Source of the DNA: Scyliorhinus canicula
Lineage: Eukaryota
Direction: 5' to 3'
Length of the DNA stretch: 64,000 nucleotides
Assembly (NCBI RefSeq): GCF_902713615.1
Contig: NW_024055479.1
Coordinates: 124,001-188,000 of the forward strand
Of the stretch, positions 1-12,594 are shown in pieces. The position numbers were made by a program, and so were the translations under genes. Each line of letters starts with the position of its first letter. Position 1 is the first letter of the stretch. Below the pieces are notes generated by a model. The model searched no databases. It was not told the origin of the DNA and saw only the letters and a list, made by a program, of their open reading frames with translations.

Positions 1-445
1 CCTTTATCCCCATTAGGTTGCCCATCACTACCTCCTTAGTGATAACAATCTTAGTGATAACAATCTTCTCAAGGTCCTCACCTGTCATAGCCTCATTTAT
101 ATCAGTCACTGGCATGTTATTTGTGTCTTCCACTGTGAAGACCGACCCAAAAACCCTGTTCAGTTCCTCAGCCATTTCCTCATCTCCCATTATTAAATCT
201 CCCTTCTCATCCTCTAAAGGACTAATATTTACCTTAGCCACTCTTTTTTGTTTTATCTATTTGTAGAAACTTTTACTACCTGTTTTTATATTCTGAGCAG
301 GTTTACACACATAATCTATTTTACTCTTCTTTCTAGCTTTTTTCTGTTGCCCCCTAAAGATTCCCAGTTCTCTCGTCTTCCACAAATCTTTGCCACTTTG
401 TATGTTTTTTGTATGAATTTTGTCAAATTCGTTCGTATACCAGCA
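1..445 (-). mobile_element. CR1-type LINE ORF2 fragment
   Basis: The reverse complement of about 20-200 closely matches 13895-14075 of the + strand CR1 copy. Confidence 0.8.
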
Positions 446-561
446 CTTTTGATGATTTGGGGAGGTATTTGTATTCAACAATCGCTGTTGTAGTTTGTGG
501 AAGGTTGAACTTGTGAAACCTATCGGGCATTGGGTCTCTTATCTTCGACAATGGTGACAAT

Positions 562-3500
562 GGAGGGTTTAAACTAATGTGGCAGGGGGATGGGATCCAA
601 TGTAGGAAGTCGGAGGGAAGTAAGACGGGGCCAGAATCAGAAAGCAGTCAGGGGGAAAGTGTAAGGCAGAGAAGCCAGAGTCAAAAATCAAAAAGGGTCA
701 CAGTACAGCGTAGAGTGACTGAGGAGAGTTTGAAAAGGGAAGAGGCCAATGCAGGATTGAGGATGTTGTACATAAATGCGCGCAGTTTACGGAACAAGGT
801 AAATTAGCTTGTTGCGCACATTGAAATTGGCCGGTACGATGTTGTGGGCATCACAGACACGTGGCTGCAAGGGGATCAGGGCTGGGATCTAAATATCCAA
901 GGCTATATGTCCTATCGAAAGGTCAAGCAGATGGTCAAAGGGGGCGGGGTTGCATTGTTAGTAAGGAATGAAGTTAAATCGACAGCAAGGAGCGATATAG
1001 GATCAGAAGGCATCTACTCTCTGTGGGTAGAGTTGAGGAATCGCAAAGGTAAAAAGACTTTGATGGGAGTTATGTACAGGCCCCCAAGCAGTAGTCAGGA
1101 TGTTGGACAGGAAATAAATCAGAAGACAGAAAAGGCATGTAAAAAGGCAATATTACAATAATAATGATGGACTTCAATATGCAAGTGGACTGGTAAAATC
1201 AGGTTGGCAATGGTCCCAAGAAATGGAATTTGTGGAATGTCTACGATTGTTTTTTGGAGCAGTTTGTGACAGAGCCAACCCGGGAACAGGCAATTCTGGA
1301 TTTGTTGATGTGTAATGAGGCAGACTTGATAAGGGAACTTAAGGTGAAGGAACACTTTGGGAGCAGTGACCACAATATGATGGAATTTACCCTGCAGTTT
1401 GACAGGGAGAAGCTGGAATCAGATGGAACAGTATTACAATTAAATAAGGGTAACTACAAATACATGAGGGTGGAGCTGGCCAGAGTTGATTGGATAAGGA
1501 GCCTAGCAGGGAAGATAGTGGAACAGCAATGGCAGGAGTTTTTTTTTTTGGGGGGGGGGGGGGGGTCCGGGTAATTAGGGAGGCACAACAGAAATTCATC
1601 CCAAGGAGGAGGAAACATGCGAAGGGGAGAACAAGGCATCCATGGCTGACGAGGGATGTCAGTGACAGTTAATAAAGCTAAGGAAAAAGCATACAAAGTG
1701 GCGAGGATTAGTGGGAAACCAGAGGATTGGGACACCTTTAAAAGCGAGCAGAGGACAACTAAAAAAGCAATAATGGGGGAGAAGATGAAGTACGAGTGCA
1801 AGCTAACTCGTAATATAAAGGAAGATACGAAGAGATTTTTTTCAATATATAAAAGGTAAGAGAGTGGCACAAATAGACATTGGAGCACAAGAAAATGTGG
1901 CTGGAGAAGTAATAATAGGAAGCAAAGAAATGGCAGACGGACTGAATAGTTACTTTGCATCAGTATTCACGATGGTCGACACCAGTGGAATGCCAGAGCT
2001 CCAGGAGAACCAGGGGGCAGAGGTGAGTGCAGTGACCATTACTAAGGAGAAGGTGCTGGGGAAACTGAAAGGTCTGAAAGTGGATAAGTCACCCGGACCG
2101 GATGGACTACACCCCTGGTACCTAAAAGAGATAGCTGAGGAAACTCTTGGAGGATTTAGTGATGATCCTTCACGAATCGCTGTCGGCGGGCACGGTCCCA
2201 GAGGACTGGAAGGTGGCTAATTTAACACCACTGTTTAAGAAGGGAGGGAGGCAGAAGACGGGAAATTAAAGGCCGGTTAGCCTGAATTCGTCATTGGTAA
2301 TATTTTATCGTCTGTTATTAAAGATGAGTTCGCAAAGCACTTCGAAGTGCATGGTAAAACAGGACTGATTCAGCACAGCTTTGTCAAAGGGAGGCCGTGT
2401 CTGACAAAACTGTTAGAGTTCTTTGAAGTGGCAACAAGCAAGTTAGACAAAGGACAATCAGTGGACTTAATTTTTTTAATTTCCAGAAGGTGCCGCATCG
2501 GAGACTGTTAAATAAGGTAAAAGCCCATGGTGTTTAGGGTAAGTTCCTGACATGGGTAAAGGATTGGCTGACTGGCAGAAGGCAAAGAGTGGGGATAAAG
2601 AGGTCTTTTTCAGAATGGCAGCTGGTGACTAATGGTGTGCCTCAGGGGTCTGCTGGGACCACAACATTTACAATATACATTAATGATTTGGAAGAAGGAA
2701 CTGGATGCACTGTTGCTTATTTGGCAGATGATACAAATATCTGTAGAGAGACAGGTAGTATTGAGGAAGTAAAGGGGCTGCAGAAGGACTTGGACAAGCT
2801 AGGAGAGGAGGCATTGAAGTGGCATATGAACTACAATGTGGAAAAGTGTGAGGTTACGCACTTTGAAAGGAGGAATCTGGGCATGGACTATTTTCTAAAT
2901 GGGGAAATGCTTCGGAAAGCAGAATCACAAAGAGACTTGGGAGCCCTTGTTCACGATTCTCTTAAGGTTAATCTGCAGGTTCAGTCGGCAGTTAGGAAGG
3001 TAAATGCAATGGTAGCATTCATGTCAAGAGGGCTAGAATACAAGAGCAGCGATGTACTTCTGAGGCTGTATAAGGCTCTGGTCAGACCCATTTGGAGTAT
3101 TGTGAGCAGTTTTGGGCCCCATATCTAAGGAAGGATCTGCTGGCCTTGGAGAGTGTCCAAAGGAGGTTCACAAGAATGATCCCTGGAATTAAGAACATGT
3201 CGTATGAGGAACGTTTGAGGATTCTGGGTCTGTACTGGTTGGAGTTTAGGTCTAGAAGGGATCTTATTGAAACGTACAAGATAGTGCGAGGCCTGGATAG
3301 AGTGGACGTGGAGAGGATGTTTCCACTTGTAGGAAAAACTAGAACCAGAGGACACCATCTCAGATTAAAGGGACGATCCTTTAAAACAGAAAGGAGGAGG
3401 AATTTCTTCAGCCAGAGGGTGGTGAATCTGTGGAACTCTTTGCCGCAGAAGGCTGTGGAGTCCAATTCACTCAGTGTCTTTTAGACAGAGATAGATAAGT

Positions 3501-3645
3501 TCCTGATTAATAAGGGGATCGGGGTTATGGGGAGAATGCAGGACAATGGGGATGAGAAAAATATCAGCTATGATTGAATGGCGGAGCAGACTCGATGAGC
3601 CAAGTAGCCGAATTCTGCTCCTATGCCTTATGGTCTTATGGTCTT
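562..3645 (+). mobile_element. CR1 (HER1-like) LINE, near-complete but disrupted ORF2 (AP endonuclease + RT) with 3' tail
   Basis: LRMLYINARSLRNK...VGITDTWL (endonuclease), DKSPGPDG, GVPQGS, YINDL...YLADDT (RT), RRNFFSQRVVNLWNSLP; tail (TCTTATGG)-like. Many stops and frameshifts. Confidence 0.92.
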
Positions 3646-3663
3646 CTGGTATGCCAGTTGTTT

Positions 3664-3726
3664 GGTGGCACGGTGGCACAATGGGTAGCACTGTTGCCTC
3701 ACAGCGCAAGGGATCCGAGTTCGATG
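3664..3726 (+). mobile_element. tRNA-derived SINE head fragment
   Basis: GGCACGGTGGCACAATGGGTAGCACTGTTGCCTCACAGC...GAGTTCGAT, with A-box/B-box-like motifs as in other SINE copies here. Confidence 0.55.
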
Positions 3727-6081
3727 GCGCCCTTCTGAACTACAGGGTTTCTATGATATTCTTCTATGAGTTATTCCAGAGTTACTTCTTCAACGTATAT
3801 TGGGAATGAAATATTTGACTGAGCAGCTGTCGATTTATATAAGAGTTTTATTTTGGTAGCATTTAAGAACAAGATGGGTACACAGAATTTAGTAGTTGAG
3901 AGTGGTTTAAAATCCCGTCCGGGTGGGCAGACGATACTGTCGTCACCCACATATTGTAGATGTATGTGTATTGTGGTTACGTTGGCTTTGGCGACCTTGG
4001 TTAAAGCGTTTTCCATCTAGAAAGTAATTAATACAGACTCCACTGGGCTGTTGATCTTTGCTTAGGTGACTATTCACTCTTTTAGTCAGCTCAGTCCAGA
4101 TTTAGAACAGGCCTCTCTCGGATCTCTCACTAAAGAACGTCGTAGCCATGAGATCATGAAGCAATTACAAGATTGTGATGAAGTATGTTTCATATACAAC
4201 CCATTGGAACACAATTCACTGAGCCTCGTGATATGTCCATACATAAATAAACACACACAACTAGATCCACAAACTCACAAAGTAAACACAGACGCGCGTA
4301 CCATTGCTGAAATGTTCTAGAGTTTACCAGTGCGCCTTTGGTTGTAAATTATTTGGATACGAATGAGAAACAAATTCAACACAAACAATCCGAGAAACAG
4401 ATCCATTCTGTCCTTGAGCAATGCGTGAACAACTGTGTCAATCAGTCGGAATATTCTCAAGGATCACAGGAGAGGCTGAACCCGCTTGCCCCGTGTCACA
4501 AGTTCTATTTCTGCCTTTCGCACTTCTCATTCTGAAAACAATAAATGTTGTCTCGGTTTCTCAGTACCACCTGCTATTGCAATTAAAGTTTGAATGCTCG
4601 TCCCTGAACAGGACGGAACGGATCACGTGATGCATGGAACCGAAGAAGCTGAAAGGAGTCCCAAGTTTCTTAAATTGTGAGCTTAAACAATCGATAGGAT
4701 GGCCTGAACTCCGTCGTCGAGTGATGTATAAGGGACCATGGATTTAGGTTTAAAGGTGGCAGCCTAAAGGCAATTCGAGAGAAAACGTATTCAACCAGAA
4801 GGTGGTGGGAATCTGTAACTCACTGTTTGTAAAGGTCTGAGCGTCAGAAGCTCACAAAACATTCTCTAATTGGATATGACCCTCAAGCAGTTTAAAGTAT
4901 AGGGCGACTGAAGAAGTCCTGGGAAATGCTTTCAGGCTGGATGGCTAATCGCAGGCTTTCGAACAACAATAAATGCATGGTTTGTTGAAAATTTCTGGAA
5001 TTATTGGAAGTAGATACTGGGATGAACAACTGATCAAAACTATTTCCAATATCACATTTATCATACTTCAAAGAATCACAATAGCACTACAAATTAAGCA
5101 CTACATTGATTTGGAAATATTTTGGAATCCGGTTATTTCAGGATTTTTATCAAATGGAGTTATTGGAGCGCGAATCCATCTGCAGCTTGTTCCAAACTCA
5201 AACGAACACCGCGAACACCGCCATCCGTTGGAGACTCCATGTAATGCCAAGGAGCTAGTTACATTCCCACCTTCTTACCGTCCACATGTCATCAGGAATA
5301 GTCGCCCATCCGTCCACCCTTTATTTTTTATCCAACCGTAGTAATTTTCAGCATTTTCATAAATGATGCCTGCGTATTTACCTCCACTACATTGTTCAAG
5401 GTGTGTGTGTGTATGTGAAGAATTTTGTGCTACCATTCCGAAAATCAGCTGCCAAAGTTTCAATGCATCTCCCGAACTTGTACCTCGACAGTTCAATTTT
5501 AATAAATTGCGAGCAGTGTTTAACTGCATTTACAATCTGATGCTTCAATTACCGTATTTGTAAATGGACACTTTTAATGCTGCTAATTAAACGATCCAAT
5601 CTGTCAATCTCCGTCACTACAAAACCTCGAGAGGAAGGGATAACCAGAGAATGACTGATGTCTTTTCCTCCTAAGTCTCTCTTAGACAGCGCGTGGAATA
5701 ATTTGAACATGTGTTTCTTCCATAATTGTGCATTCTACTAATATACTTCCCTTCAATGTTTCAAATCAACCTTAAACATGAACGATAAGTAAAAGTTTTT
5801 AATTCATTATCATCACCCAGAATGGTGTTACAGATCATGACTTTGGGATTTATTTCCGATTATATATCAGGCGATTTAACGGGACGTTGTGGGATCTCCT
5901 CCTGGAAAACCTTTCTAGCTTTGGTGACAGTTCCATTGGTGACCCTTGATATGGATGCCGCACTCCGATAAATAACACACATTAAATTCTTCAATTTCTT
6001 CAAACCGACTCTGCACAGATCGTTGTCAGAAAATTTGGAAATAGTACATTTTCTTCCCACTTCCAGGTGGGTAAGTTGCTC

Positions 6082-6330
6082 AGTCTGTGTTTGTGTGCGC
6101 GCTTGTGCCTATGTGTGAGCGTTTGTACGTGCATGTGTTGATGCGTGCATAGGTTTATGTGTGTGCATTGGTATGTGTGTAGATGGGTCTGTGTGCGCGC
6201 ATGTGTATGTGTGCGGATGAGCGTGTCTGCGTGTGTGTGGGCGTGACCGTGCGTGTGTGCCTATGAGTGGATATGTGTAGACATGCGTGTACATGTGTGT
6301 CAGCCTGTGCATGCGCGTGCGCGTGTGTGT
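6082..6330. repeat. Degenerate (TG)n/(CA)n purine-pyrimidine alternating tract
   Basis: About 250 nt of GTGTGT/GTGCGC/ATGTGT alternation. Confidence 0.9.
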
Positions 6331-8800
6331 ATCCCCAGAAAGAAGGATATAAATGGCAGGATCCGGGAACCATGGATCACAAGGGAAATTGTAAGTTTAG
6401 GCAAAAGGAAAAAGGGAGCATGCCTTAGGTCTAGGCATCGAAACAACGACGAAGCCCTTGGAGAGTACAGTGAAACTAAAAAAATTGGAAATAGGAGGGC
6501 TAAAAGGGACTGCGAAATGCCTTCAGCAAACATGGTCAAGAAGAATCCCAATACTTTTAATGCATATATTAGGACCAAGAGAATGAGTAGACCCACTCGA
6601 GGACAATGGAGGGAAGTTATGCGTGGAACCACAGGAAGTGGTGAACTTCATAATAAGTACTTTGTGTCAGTATTCACCAGGGAGAAGGGCATGGCGGATG
6701 TTGAGGTCAGGGATAGGTGTGTGAACTCTCTTGAGAACGTCAATATATCAAAGGAGGAAGTGTTGAGTATCTTAAATTGCATTAAGGGAGACAAGTCCCC
6801 ACGGCTGAATGAGAACTATCCCAATTTCTGCCGGAGGCAAGGGGAGAAATAGCTGGGGCCTTAACAGATATCTTCACATTTCCATTGACCACAGGCGAGG
6901 ATCCAGATGACTAGAGAATAGCCAATGTTGTTCCCTTGTTTAAGAAAGGAAGCATGGATAATCCAGAAAAGTATGGACAGGTAAACCTGACATCCGGAGT
7001 GGGAAGCTTTTGGAAAAAATTCTGAAGGACAGGAGATATGCATAGTTGGAGGAAAATAGACTAGTTAGTGACAGGAAGCATGGTTTTGGACGCGGAAGGT
7101 CATGTCTCACCAACTTAATTGGGTTTTTTGAATTAGTGACAATGAACATTGATGGGGGAAGGGTTGTGGATGTAGGTTATATGGATTTTAGTAAGACATT
7201 TGGTAAGGTCCCACACGGCAGACTGGTACAAAAACTAAAACCACATGGGATTCCGACTGCCAGTGGACTGGAGGAAGCTCCTAATGTGGTACGGTTATTC
7301 AAGAACGGCAGTAGGAATCAAACAGGTAAATAGAGGCCCGTGAGTCCAACATCAATACCAGGGAAATAGTGGGAAATAAATTCTGAGGGACATAATTAAT
7401 CTCCACTTGGAGCGGCAAGCAATAATCAAGGATAGTCCGCATGGCCTTGTGAGGGTGACATCATTTATAACACATTTGATTAAAGGTTTCGAGGAGGTGA
7501 CGAGATGTGCTGGTAAGGGCAGTGCAGTCGATGTAACCTGTGCAGACTTCAGTAAGGCTTTTGACAAGATCCCGTATGAAAAAGTGATCAAGAAGACAAG
7601 AGGACATTGCATCCAGGGCAATTTGGCAAATTGGATGCAAAATTGATTGAGAGGCTGGAGGCAGACGGCTATGGTCGAAAGTTGTTTTTGTTACTGTACC
7701 CCATGTCCAGTGGTGTACTTTAGGGGTCGCCGCTGGGTCCCTTGTTGTTTGTCGTCTCTATTAGGTGCTGTTTAGCACACCGGGCTGAATCGCTGGCTTT
7801 GAAAGCAGACTAAGGCAGGCCAGCAGCATGGTTCGATTCCCATAACAGCCTCTCCGAACAGGCGCAGGTATCTGGCGCCGGTATCTGGACAGTAACTTCA
7901 TTGAAGCCTACTCATGACAATAAGCGATTTTCATTTCCATTTTCATTTCATTTCATTAATGATCTAGCCTGGAATGTCGGTGTTCTAAGCAGTAAGTTCA
8001 CAGATGAAACGAAAACTGGTGGTGTGGTAAGTCGTGAATAGGTAAACATTAAAATATCTCATGATGTATACGGGGTGGTTAGATGGGCTGAACAGTCGCA
8101 AATGAAATTAAACCCTGAAGAGTGTGAGGTGATGCATTTCGGAGGGATTAACAAAGCATGTGATACGTTTTGAACCATGGAACCTTAGGGCGTATAGAGG
8201 AGCAGAGGGGCACTGGACTGCACCTCCGTAGATTTCTGAAGGCGGCAGTCAGGAAGATGTGATGGTTAAGAAGACAAATAGGATTCTTCCCTTCATTGGC
8301 AGATGCATAGCAGGTAAGAGCAGTGAGGTTATGATGAAACGGGGAAAAACACTCCTCAGGACACAGTTACAATACGTGTAGTACTGGTCACCACACTATA
8401 GGAAAAATGTGATTGCACGAGAGAGGGTACAGAGGAGATTCACCAGGATGTCGCCTAGGCTGGAGCGCTTCATCTGTCAAGATAGATTGGATAGGCTGAT
8501 GTTATTTTCCTTGGAGCAGGGAAAGCGTGATTGAAGTGTACAAAATTATGATAGGAGGAATCTTGCCCCCTTGGAAGAGTGGTCAGTAACCGGGGCTATA
8601 GATGTAAGGTAAGTGGCAGGAGACATAGGAGGGTCTTAGGACAATCTTGTTCACCCAGAGGGTGGTGGGAATCTGGAACTTGCAGCCTGAAAGGATGGCG
8701 GAGGCCGGAAACATCACAATATTTAAACAAATTTAGATGAACCCTTGAAACAACACAGCATACATGGCTAAGGATCAAGTGCTGGAAAATAGGATTAAAA
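6331..8800 (+). mobile_element. CR1 LINE ORF2, two juxtaposed overlapping fragments (junction near 7260)
   Basis: The RT motif region appears twice (RSCLTNLIGFFE...YMDFSKTFGKVPH, then ...CADFSKAFDKIPY); 3' region follows to about 8800, with a short tail remnant at 9100-9132. Confidence 0.8.
7763..7953 (+). mobile_element. tRNA-derived SINE, family B (TTTAGCAC...GGCTAAATCGCTGGCTTT head, (CATTT)n tail)
   Basis: Matches copies at 17461, 21536, 23984 and 32995; inserted into the CR1. Confidence 0.85.
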
Positions 8801-9097
8801 TAATCATAACAATCTTTATTGTCAAAAATAGGCTTACATTAACACTGCTATGAAGTTACTGTGAGAAGCCCCTAGTCTCCATATTCCGAGCGCCTGTTCG
8901 GGTACACGGAGGGAGAATTTAGAATGTCCAATTCACCTAAGAGCACATCTTTTAGGACTTGTGGGAGGAAAGTGGAGCAACCGGAGGAAACCCACGCAGA
9001 CACGGAGAGAACGTGCAGACTCCGCACATACAGTGACCGAATCAGGAACCCTGGTGCCGTGAAGCAACAGTGCTAACCACTGTGCTACCTTCCCGCA
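8800..9097 (-). mobile_element. SINE with HE1-like head and family-B-like 3' tail
   Basis: Reverse complement matches the + copies at 29853-30150 and 45230-45515. Confidence 0.85.
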
Positions 9098-9132
9098 CAA
9101 TAGATAGATAGGTGTTTGATGGTCGGCACAGC

Positions 9133-9387
9133 CATTCAGCCTCTGATCTCCGGGTCAGCATTCTACAAGGAGGCCTTCAGGAGACGCGACAACGCAAAAT
9201 TGCTGAGCAAAAACTTACATTCAGCCTCTGATCTCCGGGTCAGCATTCTACAAGGAGGCCTTCAGGAGACGCGACAACGCAAAATTGCTGAGCAAAAACT
9301 TACATTCAGCCTCTGATCTCCGGGTCAGCATTCTACAAGGAGGCCTTCAGGAGACGCGACAACGCAAAATTGCTGAGCAAAAACTTA
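9133..9387 (+). repeat. Three identical tandem 85-bp units
   Basis: Units start at 9133, 9218 and 9303; no mismatch found on base-by-base reading. Confidence 0.97.
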
Positions 9388-9642
9388 TAGCTAAGTTCCG
9401 CACGCATGAATGCGGACTCAACCGGGATCTGGGATTCATGTCGCATTACATTCGGCCCCCACCAACAAGCCTGGACTTGCAGAGGCCTACCGACTGAACT
9501 GGCTTGGGACAATTCACACCTCTTTAACCTGGAGTTACCTCTCTCTCTGCATCTTTGATGATTGGATTGCCTGCAGGTGCTCGCATTCCGGGGCATCTCT
9601 GACTGTGTCTATATAAACATTTCTGGAACAAGCCTTTCCATT

Positions 9643-9677
9643 CACCTGAAGAAGGAGCCGTGCTCCGAAAGCTCGTG
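9643..9677 (+). ncRNA. Minimal type I hammerhead ribozyme motif in the Penelope pseudo-LTR
   Basis: CAC-CTGAAGA-A-GGAGC-CGT-GCTCC-GAA-AGCT-C-GTG: core CUGANGA, 5-bp stem II, GAAA, palindromic AGCU stem III, UC cleavage site and CAC/GTG stem I. Confidence 0.75.
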
Positions 9678-9764
9678 TTTGAAACAAACCTGTTGGACTT
9701 TAACCTGGTGTTGTAAGACTTCTTACTGTGCTCACCCCAGTCCAACGCCGGCATCTCCACATCA

Positions 9765-10215
9765 TAAAAAACAATGACACCGGCATGAGGTGAAGCGTAG
9801 AGGAGTGTAGTATTATTCAGGTCAGTCCATAAGTGGGCCGTTGAGAAGTCTGGCAACAGCAGGGAAGAAGCTGTTTTTGAATCTGTTTGTGCGTGTTCTC
9901 AGACTTTTATATCTACTGCCCGATGGAATAAGTTGTACGCTGGGTGGGAGGGGTCTTTGATAATGCTGCCCGCTTTCCCAAGGCAGCGGGAGGTGTAGAC
10001 AGAGTCAATGGATGGGAGGCAGGTTTGTGTGATAGACTGGGCGGTGTTCACGACTCTCTGAAGTTTCTTGCGGTTTTGGGCCGAGCAGTTGCCATACCAG
10101 GCTGTGATGCAGCCAGATAGGATGCTTTCTATGGTGCATCTATAAAAGTTGGTAAGAGCCAATGCGGACATGCCGAATTTTCTTAGTTTCCTGAGTTGCC
10201 GAATTTCCTTAGTTT
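9765..10215 (-). mobile_element. Rex1/Babar-like LINE 3' fragment
   Basis: LTNFYRCTIESILSGCITAWYGNC...LQRVVNTAQSIT...IIKDPSHP; same family as 16895-17420 and 18160-18870. Clade assignment from memory. Confidence 0.7.
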
Positions 10216-11670
10216 CACTTACTCAGCAATAACCGGCTCACGGACGCTCAGTATGAATTCCAGTGTCCCTCAGCTCCTAACCTCATTGAAGCTATGGTTC
10301 AACCATGGACAAAAGAGTTGAATGCCAGAGGTGAGGTCAGAGTGACTGTCCTTGATATCAAAGCAGCATTTGACCGAATATGGCAATAGGAATCAGGGGG
10401 GAAACTCTCCGCTGGTTGTAGTCATGCCTGCAACAAAAGAAGATGGTTGTGGTGGTTGGAGGTAAATCATCTCAGTTCCAGAACATCACTGCAGGAGTAC
10501 CTCGGGGTCGTGTCCTAGGCCCAACCATCTTCAGTTGACTCAACAATGCTCTCGCTTCCATCATCAAGTCAGAAGTGGGGATGTTTGTGAATGATGAATA
10601 ATGTTCAGCACCATTCACGACTCCTTAGATAATGAATCAGTCCATGTCCAAATGCAGTAAGACCTGGATAATATCCAGGCGTGGGCTGACAAGAGGCAAG
10701 TTACATTTGCGCCACACAAGTGCCAGGTAATGACCATCTCCTACAAGAGTGGATCTCTGCTGTTGTAGCTCCACGTTCATTTTGCTTTCCCCGATGTCTA
10801 TGTTCATGTATTTACATTGTGCATTTATCATTTTGCATCCATTGAATGATCTGCCTGTTCGATGGGCAGAACAATACTTTTCACTGTACTTAGGTACACA
10901 TGACCAGGAATATAAATCTAACCATCACTTCTTTACATTCAATGGTATTACCATCGCTAAATTCCACACAAACAATATCCTGGGGATTGCTATTGATCAG
11001 GAACTGAACTGGACTGGCCATATTAATACATAGAAAATAGAAGAAGGAGGAGGCCATTCGGCCTTTGGCTATGAGGACAGGTAAATGGTGAGGAATCTTA
11101 CAGCGAGTAACGCCGCCGGGCCCCCCGAAACCTGTCCACCATCTACAAGGCACAAATCAGGTGTGTAATGGAATACTCTCCACTTGCCTGGCGGAAGCAG
11201 CTCCAACAACAATCAAGAATCTCGACCATCCAGGCCAAAGCAGTGTGCTTGATTTTCCTCACCCTTCCACAAACATTCAAACCGTCCACCACCAACGAAC
11301 AGTGGTGGCGGTGTGTGCTATCTACAAGGTGCACTGCATGGACGTGCGATGGTTCCTTAGACAGCACCGCCCAAAACTACGACCACTACCATCGAGAGGA
11401 CAGGAGAAGCAGATATCTGTGAACTCCACCACCTAGGGATCCTCTCCAAGTCATTCACCATCCTGAGTTGGAAATATATCGTCATTAATTCACTGTGCAC
11501 TGGCGCAAATCCTCGACTTTCTACCCTAACAGCACAGTGGGTGTGCCTACAGCTCAGGGGCTGCAGCGGTTTAGGAAGGCAAATCACCACCACCTTCTGA
11601 TGGGCAACTAGGGACGGGCAATAAATGCTGGCTTAACCAGCGATGCCCACATCCCGTAAATTAATTTTTA
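10216..11670 (+). mobile_element. L2/CR1-group LINE 3' part (second family), with small nested fragments
   Basis: VLDIKAAFDR and GVPRGRVLGPTIFS RT-like motifs; tail GGGCAATAAATGCTGG...CCCACATCCC followed by an A-rich end. Confidence 0.7.
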
Positions 11671-11759
11671 TAAACACTTAATTGTAAACAGATTCAGGGC
11701 ATGGCCATGCCTATACTGCGTAATATTGCAATATAACAAACGTTTCATACTACACTAGG

Positions 11760-12032
11760 TCCTATGCTAGATGATGCTGTCAGCCCAAGCCTGAATAATG
11801 TCCAGGGCTTTCTGTATTTTGGACATGGACTGCTTCATTATCGGAAGAGTCGTGAATGATGTTGAACATTGTGCAGTCTTCCGCAAACGTCCCCACTTCT
11901 GACCTTATGATGGAAGGGAGATCCTTGATGATGCAGCTGAAGAAGGTTGGGCCTGGGACACTACTCTGAGGACCTCCTCCAGTGATATCCTGGAGCTGAG
12001 ATGATTGAACTCCAACCACCACAGCCATGTCC
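11760..12032 (-). mobile_element. L2/CR1-group LINE RT fragment
   Basis: Minus ORF GGPQSSVPGPTFFSCIIKDLPSIIRSEVGTFAEDCT, homologous to 10460-10680. Confidence 0.75.
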
Positions 12033-12046
12033 ATTTAACGTCAGAC

Positions 12047-12210
12047 CGTGGGCTGGATTCTCCAATCCCCCCGCCGCATGTTTCTCTGTGGCTGTGGTGA
12101 GATTCTATCTTCCTGCCGCTTATCAATGGAATTGCCCATCAAAGTCACACCACACTGCCTGGAAAACCCGCAGGCGTGGTTGCGATGGTAGCGGGAACAG
12201 AGAACCGCAA
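12047..12210 (+). repeat. GC-rich short interspersed repeat (unclassified, MITE-like)
   Basis: Aligns by eye with the reverse complement of 32005-32200. Confidence 0.55.
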
Positions 12211-12594
12211 TATCCCTGTTGATATTACACAATGCGTGTCTCTGTTTATATTACACTGCACTCTGTCTCTGTTTATACTGGAGACGACCACGCCTCTGAT
12301 TCTTGCAGGAAGGTGTTTTCATAATGAAACTACATGTAAAAGGGAAACGTCGGTCTCCTCACGAACATGTTTCTGTGTTGCACTGATAATCTCTGTAAAA
12401 TTTGATCTATTTACATGCGCTGCTTCCAACAATTTTCACTCGGCATAAGAGGGGCACAAGCAACTTAGAAGAATCTGCTCGTCCACTTGAATGCCGGAGA
12501 TGCTTTTCTGTCCTTATGCACGGCCAGTTTCTTCTTAAATAGCTTTCTACCTTCTCATTTACAAATTATCACGATTTATGTGGATATTTAAAAA

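Larger units (their letters stand above)
9133..9764 (+). mobile_element. Penelope-like element 3' fragment (GIY-YIG endonuclease C-terminus + pseudo-LTR)
   Basis: HSASDLRVSILQGGLQETRQRKIAEQKLIAKFRTHECGLNRDLGFMSHY, whose AEQxLIxxF...GLN pattern is typical of PLE endonuclease ends; followed by a terminal sequence shared with 49964-50082. Confidence 0.85.

Noticed and set aside
4973-6060. Host gene exons in unique-looking DNA (ORFs 4973-5341 +, 5275-5529 -, and 5860-6060 - with a vaguely LRR-like SDNDLCRVGLKKL)
   Set aside because: No recognisable domain, no consistent exon chain, and ORF lengths within chance expectation. A tBLASTx search would settle it.
6109-6373. His/Thr-rich ORFs
   Set aside because: Translation artefacts of the (CA)n-like tract.
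9133-9387. CRISPR array or protein-coding repeat
   Set aside because: Identical contiguous units with no spacers, in a eukaryotic context, and the unit is part of a Penelope endonuclease coding region.
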